Assembly (NCBI GenBank): GCA_044892525.1
Contig: CM097885.1
Span: forward strand, 38,194,001 to 38,258,000
DNA: 64,000 nucleotides
Direction: 5' to 3'
Origin: Schmidtea polychroa
Lineage: Eukaryota
Under the pieces are notes generated by a model. It ran no database searches and was not told where the DNA came from. It worked only from the letters and a program-made list of their open reading frames with translations. Numbering within the stretch: position 1 is the first letter of the stretch; each line of letters opens with the position of its first letter. Shown here in pieces: positions 38,590-49,187 of the stretch. The translations under genes were made by a program, and so were the position numbers.

Positions 38590-40045
38590 TACCATTAATT
38601 TAATAATCGTAGATTAAAAATAGTTTACTTTCTTTATACTATTACAGGAAAATCAATTTAGGGTAATTACAGATCCAGGGTCGAAATACGTATGAGTAGA
38701 GTTAACTGTTGATAATAATAAATTACTTTATAGATTACGAGTAACCGTCTACTTTAATCATGAATTGCAGAGTGTGATTATTTTAGGTCTGAGGTCTACT
38801 CTGATTAATGTCCTAATGTAATATGTTGTAGAGATTTTTAATGTAGATTTTGATTATATTAATGCATCGAAAGTCGTGAAGATTGCTTGTTTACACGGCC
38901 CCACTGTGACCGCTACGGCAAGCCTTACTGTTATGTGGAGTCAACATTTTACTGCTGACTTATAATAGATATATAGAGTCAAACGGAGGGATCTTATCGA
39001 CTCAACTCCATGGTAGAACCATGAAGTGATGCGAACTCCGAGTGACCTGAACAAAAAAGAGGTTATAGTATCGATAATACGTGCCTGTGTGTTTTCTGTA
39101 GTTGAGATTTTATAGCATGATTGAATGTAGGACTGATCAGAGGCGCATATAAATCCATATAGCTATAACTACTCTCACATTCAATAATAATAAAAAAAAA
39201 TAGAAAAAATGAATTTTGTAATAGACTAATTTTGACAATAAATGATAAAATAAATATATATTGTGACGTAAATAAAATACCTCTTACTATTAAAGTTTCT
39301 TCGGGTATTGTTCGCAAAAACAAAAATGAATTTGGCAAAAAAGAGTGTTTTTGTAACTAAAATGTGTCGATATATATACCTATTTTTGTGTGTGCAATTA
39401 CGCGTGTGCGCGTTGATGCATTAAAACAAACTCGATTTCTTTTTATTCTAGAATTTTCTATTTTCTATTTTTCATGATTTTAATGCCAATATTAGTGCCA
39501 TAATTTTTATTTTTAAATTTTTATTCTTTAATTATTTTCTGTCAAAGTTGCCTCTATGATGTATTTGGGCAATTCCAGAACATTCCATATTAAATTAAAG
39601 TTAATTTTTATTTTAATGTTGTTTTTTCTAAATTCTTTTTTTTTCAAATTTTTATTTTTTAAACTAATAATTTTATTTTTATTAATTATTGTTGATTTAC
39701 ATGGCTTTTATGATGGATGTCATCATTTTTATGGATTGTTCTGGAATTTTATCTAGAATTTAGTATTTTACTATCTTCCGATGTCACTCGAGTCTGTTTT
39801 GTAGTTTTTTATGTTTCTCTGTTATGTTTGAGTTACTTTTCTTGTAATACTTCTTGCATTTGTGAGATTTTATATTTAATTTCAGTGTTTTTATCTTCTG
39901 TTATGTTTCTCTTAATTAATATTGTTTAGTTGGTGTTTTTATCTTTGTATTTAACTAAACTTATTGTTAGGTATGCATGCTATGTGTCAACACATTTTGT
40001 CACATTTATCAGATTTTGGGTCTATAAATCAGTTCTAGCCCAACA

Positions 40046-40820
40046 CGAGCAACAGAGAGAAACCAAAAATTACACCAGAAATCAACAAAATCCTAGAAAG
40101 ATACAAAGAACTAATGGAATTAGTCCAATTTGACGACAAATCAGAACAAACTACCGAACACGTAATACTGACAAATGGAAATCCAGTACTTGCAAAAAAG
40201 TAAGACCACTAGTTCCAAAAAAAATAGAAATCACAAAAAACATTTTCAACGAACTATTGGAAAACAACATATTTAGACATTCAAACTCTGAATGGTCTTC
40301 AGCACTGATACTAAAACAAAAAGCTAATGGTGAATGGAGAGGTTGTGGTGATTACAGACTACTGAACAAAATAACAGAGCCAGACAGCTACCCATTATCT
40401 ATAATAAAAGACATAATAAACCGAATAAACGGCGCCAAATACTTTTCAAAAATTTATCTACAAAAAGCATACCATCAGATCCCCATCAGAAAAGAAGACG
40501 TAGGAATTTTCGAGTACAATATAATGCCTTTCGGTCTACGAAATGCCGCAGCAACTTTCCAACGATTCATGGACCAAACAATGAAAAACAACAAAAACAC
40601 AATTGCTTACCTGGACGACATTCTAATTACAAGCCCAGATAAAGCAACACATTTAAAAGACGTAGAAAAAGTATTCGAAACGCTGATGTCCAACAAAGCA
40701 AAATTGAAAATAAATACACAAATATGTGAATTTATGAAAACAGAAATAAGCTTCCTTGGTCACACACTAAATGACAAAGGAACATAACCAATTGAAAACA
40801 AAATAAACAGCATATAGTCA
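40046..40820 (+). pseudogene. Ty3/Gypsy reverse transcriptase fragment
   Basis: CGDYRLLN, MPFGLRNAAATFQRFM, YLDDIL, FLGH. Confidence 0.9.
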
Positions 40821-41309
40821 AACACACATTAAACCCAGCTGTCCCGAGACAGTCTTTTTAAAGGTGACTCGGCTGGACTCTACAATATTTCTCTTTTACA
40901 TAGCATTCCCGAGGTGGTCCAACAAAATATTGAACACTAATGCATTTGGACTATTTTTCTATTGTAAATTTATTATTATGCATTTCTGTTCATATTTATT
41001 TGTGGTATTCATAATTTCTTATTAAAAAATATGAAAAATCATCATGTATCAGTTAATTTTAGAGGAAATTGTAGATTAAATGGCGAGAAATAAAATGTCA
41101 TAAATGGTTGCAGTGGAGAGGACGAACTCAAAAACGATTGGTTTTTTTACCAATATTTGTATTTCTCAGAATGTTTTGGAAACAATAACGACTTATCTGG
41201 ATATGTTGTAATAATACAAGTACACATTGCTCATTCTACGAACTATTCAAAGAATCAGAGACGAATATTCTTTTAGCCTAGAACATGTACTATACAGAAT
41301 TGGTTAGTG

Positions 41310-41722
41310 CAGTGGTTTCCAACCCGGGAGGCGCGGCCTATGGCTAGGGGAAAAATGGGTTAAAAAAATAATTTTCATACCATAATTATTATTTCGTCAT
41401 TTTTAGCACTTCGAGTTTAAAATTGCCAAATAAAAAATAACAAAATTTAAACTCTTTTACACAATAACAAGAAATGTCAAATTCCAGGCATTCTTTACCT
41501 TTAAACATCAAGATACTTATAACTATACATATAAAAAAATATAAAAAATCACTCTACATTTTGATCTTCCGAACAGCTTACACAAATTGACGCCGAGTGT
41601 CTAGGACATATATTTTACCTCATGAAACGCATACTGTCGAATATTTTCTGTCAAGATTTCGAGGGCAATGTATGCATCTTTTTATGGCTGGTTGAACTTC
41701 ATTTTGAGATTGTTCTTGTAAA
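41310..41722. mobile_element. hAT (Charlie-like) end remnant abutting the giant LTR
   Basis: CAGTGGTTTCCAACCCGGG terminus; no partner TIR seen. Confidence 0.4.
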
Positions 41723-43667
41723 TGGTGGGTTACTGATGATCAAATATTTTGTTCTTTAGTGCTGTTTCCAGCGTAACCCAGAATACAACATTGTTTACCG
41801 CTTGATACCCGTTGAACGATCAACGTTGGTACTGTATCAAGAGGGTGAGTACTCGCAAAAAGTGAGCGCACTACTTGCACTGTAATTGTCGAGCACTCTA
41901 ATGGGTTCACGGACTATCGTTAGAAGATGTATGTCCGATTTACGCAGGTCCCTTATTATAATCACTTCCTCAACTATGCCTATACAAACTTTCTATCCTC
42001 AAACGATCATAAGTCATCAGGAATCATACATTACTCTATTAAAGCCTGTTCATACAACACCACATCTAAAATGTTTGAATATAAATTAAGTGAAACATAA
42101 CCATAGTTTATTAAACAAACCTCAAGAAATTTTTGAGACTAATGAATTTAATTAGAAAAAAAAAAACTTAATAAACTGAAACAATAGAAATGATAAAGAT
42201 AACATGCATTCCCCACGATAACCTGATCAAAAGAAAATTTCAATTTAGTTAAGTTAACTTACAACCTATTTTAACATAATCCAAATATCACTTGTAAATT
42301 ATGGGTAATATTAATATATGAAGTTTAGATTCATTACAATCATAAAAGTTCTTATGAAGAGTAAATAATTCTAATCTACTTAAATTTTCAATTTATAATA
42401 TTCCTCAAATGACCAAACTAACTCCGTAATATACTTGAATTCATTATGTTAAAATACTAGAACAAGTTGGTAACTAATAATTTAAATAAAGTAATGGAAT
42501 TTTGATTTCATTATTACTTTTTGTTTTGTTAAAGTTATTTAACATTATTTAAATTTTCGTTGTTTTATTATAGTAATTATAATTAATGTTAAATAACAAA
42601 TTTTGAATAAATATATGATTTTAGTTAATTTTGATATAATAATGTAAATAAATTAAAATTTTAAGCATTTATATCCTAAAATTTCATAATATTTCAGGAA
42701 TATCAGCATTTGGCCGAATCTCCGAACAATTACTATTGATCAATAATGTATTATGACATCTCGAATGAGCAAAGATCATTTGACAACACCAATGAGAAAA
42801 TTGTAATTAACTTCCTTAATTTAATTAATTAACTTCATTAATTTCCTTAGCAATCGAGTTGATAATAATTCAGTGAGGTACGAAGGTTTGATTGCCCCAA
42901 GGTCAGTTCCACCAACTAATCTTCCTGGCGGAATTATCTGACAATGACTACTCAAAAAGAGATGCAAGGAATATAGTTGGCCATCCAACAATATTACGTC
43001 AAATCAATATGTAAGTCATTGAACCAAAAGGAACGAAGCAGAAAATAAGGAATTATCCAGAAGTCTTCCAACTCCAGGAAATGTATTTCATTGGGATGGT
43101 CCATCAACCGTGCTCGAAGGACCTTGGTATAACTATGATTCAAAGAAACAATTATATGAATAAAGTTGATGATCGAAATCAATAAACTTAGTCTTTGTTT
43201 TTCTTTTTTTTTGATCTAGTTAAAAATAAATTTAGTCTCTTTTGATTTAGTTAAAAATAAATCCAATAATTCTAATAAATCAATAAATGATTCTACTAAA
43301 TTACTTCAGTAAACTACTCTAACCTCGCTCCATCACCTTAAGGGGGTTGTGACCATCACATAACAGGGGTCTTGAGGGGGAAGGTTATCGTATTTTTATA
43401 AGGTTGCTTTATAAATCTGTATGTACATACACACACACATATATATATACATATACATATACACACATACCTATATATGGATATAATTTAAATTAATAAT
43501 ATTGATGTCGTTTTCCGGGGGGGGGGGGTGTTACTAAAAATAGATTTTAGTGATTTTCCGTAATTTTATTGGAAGATAGGGCCATTGAGACTAAATTTAG
43601 AGATAGGGGAATCCCAAAATCAATAATCGGTTTTATAATTTTATTTTTTGAAATAAAGATAATTATT

Positions 43668-45200
43668 TTAATAATATAATAATAATAGTAATGATAATAG
43701 TAATAATAATGATAAGAGTGGTAATGTTAATGGTAATAATACTAATAATAATAATAATAGTAATAATAATAATAATAATATTAATAACGATAATAATAAT
43801 AATGTTAATAATAATAATAAATGTAAGTTTATTTTTTTACAAGATTCCCACATATGGGGGTATCTTTTGCGAAAATTATGGAATTATTTATTTTTTGGTT
43901 TGATTTGAAATATAATTTAACTCTATACGAAGATGATATAATTTAGTGTACCTAAGGAATAGTTAATGGCTACATGATTTGAAGGGGGGTCATTTATGAA
44001 AATTTTCAATTTATATTTTAAAATATAATATAAGTTAAATATATATTAAGATAAGTTAATTTAAAATACTTAGGTAATGGGTAATGACTGTATAATTTTG
44101 AGGGGGTCATTCATGAAATTTTACAACTTATATTTTTTATTATAATGTAAGTTAAATATATATTAAAAATAAGTCAATTTAGTATGCTTAGATAATGGGT
44201 AATGACTGTATGATTTTGAGGGGGGTCATTCATGAAATTTTACAACTTATATTTTTTATTATAATGTAAGTTAAATATATATTAAAAATAAGTCAATTTA
44301 GTATGCTTAGGTAATGGGTAATGACTGTATGATTTTGAGGGGGGTCATTCATAAAAATTTACAATTTATAGTTTTAAATATAATATAAGTTAAATGTATA
44401 TTAAGATAAGCTAATTTAGTATATTTAGGTGGTAGTTGATGACTATATGGTTTATGGGGGGTCTTTGATGAAAAATTTTCAACTATGATGTTAAAGGCAA
44501 TCTAAGTTAAGTTAAATTTATAGTTTATATTTTAAAGCTAATATAATTTTATAATTTATACTTTTAAGTTTATAATTTATATTTGGTGAAGTTCAATTTA
44601 TAGTTTATATTTCTAAAGCTAATATAATTTTATAATTTATATTTTTAAGTTTATAATTTATATTTTTATGAAGCTAATTTTATGGTTTATATTTTAAAGC
44701 TAATATAATTTTATAATTTATATTTTTAAGTTTATAATTTATATTTGGTGAAGTTCAATTCATAGTTTATATTTCTAAAGCTAATATAATTTTATAATTT
44801 ATATTTTTAAGTTTATAATTTATATTTTTATGAAGTTAAATTTATGGTTTATATTTTAAAGCCAATATAATTTTATAATTTATATTTTTATGAAGTTAAG
44901 GTTATAATTTATATTTTTAAAGCTAATATAACTTTATAATTTATACTTTTAAGTTTATAATTTATATTTTTATGAGGTTAAGTTAAATTTATAGTTTATG
45001 TTCTAAGGCTAATATAATTTTATAATTTATACTTTTGTAATTAACTTAGAGTTATAATTTATAATTTTACCGTCAATATAGATTTGTAATTTATATTCTT
45101 AGGAAATTAAATTTATAATTTATACTTTTATAACTAATCATAATTTATATTTTGAAGAAATTGAATCTATAAGTATAATTCATATTTTTATGAAATTGAG
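43668..45200. repeat. LTR-internal tandem repeats: (AAT)n 43668-43820, about 119-bp units 43975-44480, AT-rich minisatellite with 162-bp higher-order unit 44500-45200
   Basis: GGGGTC anchors about every 117-119 bp; TGGTGAAGTTCAAT recurs at 162-bp spacing. Confidence 0.9.
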
Positions 45201-45574
45201 AGGATAGTTTATACTTTTATGGGTTTACGATTGGTATTTTTATAGTTAGTTTAGAGTCTATTCAATTTAAAATCCAAGTCTTGCTGATACGCATGTCGAA
45301 CACCTTTATGAATACTATCACTACTAAATTAATCATCTTTAAAAATCTTTGCTTTACACTATTACTAAAAAAATTTATTTAAGACATTCATGAATCTAGA
45401 TTCGACAAACGTATAGGTAGAGTGGGTTCTTGATGATATTTAACCGTCTACATTAATTGTGAATTGTAGAGTTGTGATTGATTTAGGTCTGAGATCTACT
45501 CTGTTTATTAACCTTAGTGTATTGTATTGTGATGATTTTGGATGTAGATTTTAACTATGTAAATTATTCATGCA

Positions 45575-45760
45575 TTGAAAGTCGGGAGGAGTGTTTGCTT
45601 TCGCGGCCCCACTGTGACCACTACGACAAACCTTACTGTTGTGTGGTAAGTCAACCCTTTACGGCTGACCTATAATAAATAGGTAGAGTCAGACGGAGGA
45701 TTTCATCGACTTAACTCCATGGCAGAACCATGAAGTGGTGCGACCTCCGAATGACCTGAA
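45575..45760 (-). ncRNA. Conserved structured RNA element in the LTR (also 63127-63312, 38868-39052, partial 18780-18830)
   Basis: Compensatory changes among three diverged copies; several G-U pairs and a GUA/GAA internal loop favour the minus strand. Confidence 0.6.
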
Positions 45761-46086
45761 CAAAAAAAAAACAAATAATATTGATAAGTGCGTGCCAGGC
45801 AGTGACCTGCAATCATTGTGGGCTGTTTAATCATCGATGATAAAGTGCATAGGTGCAGGGTTGACTGGGATCTCGCTCCAAAATCAATGATAACCGACGA
45901 TCTCACTCAAACCTACATTTCTATAGTTAAAAAGAAATAATGAAAACAAGGTTTCAATAATAATAATTTATAATTCACAATGAAATCGTCCTTACCTACA
46001 ATCTCAGAAAAATCAAAATCAAAAATTTGGCATAAGAGTAAACATTAGCATATTTTGCTTGCTTAAAAAGTGACGAAATGTGTTAG

Positions 46087-46094
46087 TTTATATA
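46087..46094 (-). promoter_or_regulatory. Candidate LTR TATA box (also 63639-63646, about 39370 and about 19290)
   Basis: TATATAAA on the element sense strand, positionally conserved in four LTR copies, preceded by a conserved TTTGTTTTA(A/C)TGCA motif. Confidence 0.55.
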
Positions 46095-49000
46095 GCCTCT
46101 GTTTGACGTGTAAGTATACATGCGTGCATTGATGCAGTAAAACAAATTCGAATTATTTTAATTCTCGAACATTCGATTTTTAATTTTTATCGATTTTAAT
46201 GGCGATTTTTCAGTAAGAATTTTTGTTTTTATTTTTGAAATTTTATTTTCGAATTATTTTTTATTAAATTTGCCTCCATGATGGATTTCAGCATTTCCAG
46301 AACATTCCATGCTAAATTTAATCTATTTCTTATTTTTAAATTGTTTTTTATGATTTCTTTTCTAAAATATTTATTTTTTAAACTAAAATATTTATTTTTT
46401 ATAAATTTTATTGGGTCGTTTGGCCGTCATGATGGATTTCGCCATTTTTATGAATTGTTCTGGATTTTTATTCAAAATATCGATATAATTTTCTTTACGT
46501 AAGATTTTATGAAGATTTTCTTTAATTTTCTTTTTTAATTTTTACTAATTGCCTTTATTCGAATTTGTTTTTTGTTGTTTTATGTCTTTTGGTTATATTT
46601 GAGTAAGTTTTCATGTAATACTTCTTGCTCGTGTTTTATTTTATTTTTAATTCAGATGTTTTATTTTTGGGTATATTATCTCTCTATTATCATTGTTTAC
46701 TTGGTGTTTTATATATTTTTATTTAAGTAAACTTAATGCTGGGTATGCGTGTTGTGTACTGACACATTTCGTCCCATTCCTAACTTTGGGTCTAGAAATC
46801 AGTTCTAGCCCAACATAAAACACTCGGGGGCCCATAAAATTGCGACCCGCAATTTAATCAATGTTCAAGATATAATTAGACAGAATTGGTTGCACTGTAT
46901 TACAAGTGCCTACATGTAATTGGGTCCACGAGCTACAGGGTCGTGACCTCAATACCCACATACATAAAAAGTTTCTACTGATAAGCTACATGCTACAGAT
47001 TGGTTTACAGATGAAGAGAAAGAAGACCAAGGTCGGTCCACACAAAATTTAATTAAATTGTTATGCTCAAATAATATCATAGTAATATATAATATTGGCA
47101 TCAAATCACAATAATAATCAAATCATATCATTGTTGTATCATGTCAGGATCATTATTAAATCACATCTAGATCATTTTCAGATCATTGTCAATCGAATCA
47201 GGATCATTGTCAACACATAATAAGAACATTGTCAATCAACTCAATATCGTTGTCATATTATATCAAGATCATTGTCGGTTTATATCAGGATTTAAACACT
47301 CGGTTGTTCGGGATCTCGTCTCGATGACGGTTCTAGTTTTGAAGGTTGTAGAAGATAGATTTGATAGATTTGATAGATTTGGTCTCTGGGTATTGGTTCG
47401 TCTATTAGAATGCGAATGCTTCGGAATTGTTCTTTCAACTTGAGAGATTTTGGTGCTTTCATGGATTTGAGTGGGTTTAAGGGCTATCAAGCTCAGTATT
47501 GTTATTTATCATGAGATTCGCTGCTGACAGGATCAGTACTGTTATGGATTCTGGGTTTTCTTTACATTCAATTTTTTTTTTTTCTGCTGACCTTGTTTTG
47601 ATTGTCACTTCTTTCTATATCTCTCGCAACGTGCTCACTGTTTTCATTAGTTGGATTGTATCAGTCGAGTTGAGTTCCTCTTCGAGGTTATTTGATTCAG
47701 TGTGTAGGGTATTGTTTACTGTCGTCATTACTCCTTTCCAGATTTCCGTGAACATCTTTATTAGGACATTTTAGTATGCGAAGTCTTCGTTGAAGGTAGT
47801 TGATATTCTCCTCTTTATTCCTTCTAAAGTTTTGGTCATTGTCTCATGGTTCATCGGGATTTTGTCAATAGTTGTTATTATTTCCATCTATATCTCTCTC
47901 AATGTTTTTATTATTTCATCTTGAGTAATTGTCTTTTCTTTGACTGCGTTATTTACCCTTTCCTTTATTTCTTCGAGCGTCTTTGTTTCATAGTTGCTCG
48001 GACATTCGTTGACAGTCATCATTATTCGCTGCTTTATTTCTTCTAAGATTTTTATTATTATTGTCATCTGGGATGTGGCTGATTCTTGCTGTGGTTCTCT
48101 CTTTAATTTCTGCTTTTCTCGTTACAATTCGTGTAGTACCTCCATGGCATAATCTACATCCTCATAGGGTTTGACGTGTCCTATTAATAATCTTCTACAC
48201 ACTTTGTCCACACACAATAGTCTCTCCTCGAATTCATCTGACTTGACCTAATATTTTCTTATCAGCTCATAATTAATAGTTTTGTTCCTCCACTTCTCTC
48301 CACTTTCCCTCGGCATTCTGCCATGATAGCGTTTAATTTCGGATTTTCTACTTTGGCTATAATTTTGTTTGTTTACAGGGCTACTTTTCCCTTCTTTTAT
48401 GCCTCTCTCGTTGAGTCCGGTTCCCCAGTTCCTGGTAGGCCGGTTATCCATTCAACTTAACTCGTTATATCATCATGCTGATGGTTTTCGTGTAATCTCC
48501 CGATTTCTCCTGCCTCCCATTTTATTTGGCTTATCAACTGTTTGTTATTGTATTTTAATTGTGCGATTATTTGTTATTGCTCTTTTATTCTTGTTATATA
48601 TATCGAGTTTCTATTGATGCTCTCCATTAACGCATTCTAATTACGTAACCGATATTCTTGGGTATGATTTGTCATTTGTCATTAATTCACATTGTGTTCT
48701 TCACATTGATCCTGCTGACTAACTTGGTTGGTTTATCGTTGTACTTGTATCAATTTCTACTATTTATGTCTGATTAATGTTTACTAGTGGTTGATTTCCC
48801 AATTCAACAACATGTGGTATCCTCGTTTGATATACTTGATCCTCGTTTCTCTGATTCATTCATAATACGTAGTTATCCTACCCATTTTTTTTTGTACCTT
48901 TTTTTTTTTGAACATATTACTAATCTACTAAACTACTTTTACCCTCACGTTTATATACACACTATTTACATCGACTCATCACTTTCTTATACCATTGTTG

Positions 49001-49187
49001 CCAGGGGACCTGAATGCAATGTGCGCATCCCCCCATATCTTTCATCCGTTAGCCGGTATATGTCAAATTCGTTTACCCAATCGTCTAGGGTTTGTATTCT
49101 GAGTAATTCTTGCATCCATAGTCTGCTTGACCTTGGATCTTCAATCGCTTCGTACTCTTCTGGATTCGGGTTTTCTGTTGGAATACC

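Larger units (their letters stand above)
23420..40045 (-). mobile_element. Third, older giant-LTR copy, partly deleted and split by four nested elements
   Basis: TGGTGGGTTAC...TTTCCAGCGTAACC at 23420-23476; LTR-like pieces at 23610-23740, 31489-31592, 36132-36458, 38592-40045; terminus CAGTTCTAGCCCAACA at 40045; no matching TSD. Confidence 0.75.
41723..46815 (-). repeat. Giant LTR, 5093 bp (3' LTR or solo LTR)
   Basis: Direct repeat of 57969-64000; imperfect inverted termini TGGTGGGTTAC / CTAGCCCAACA. Confidence 0.95.

Noticed and set aside
41723..41781. GGGTTA/TAACCC as telomeric repeat or telomerase template
   Set aside because: Single copies forming a stem at the LTR end; no tandem array or extended template
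41733..41790. CTGATGA next to a stem, suggesting a hammerhead ribozyme
   Set aside because: No GAAA follows on the same strand, and CTGATGA is absent from the copies at 14029 and 23420
42690..43200. Exon-like stretch in the young LTR as a homolog of the LTR-borne gene
   Set aside because: No consistent spliced frame on either strand and no similarity to the coiled-coil peptides that I could see
43668..43903. Poly-Leu and poly-Ile ORFs (also 61058-61293 and the YI-repeat ORF 23399-23638)
   Set aside because: Translations of (AAT)n and (TA)n microsatellites
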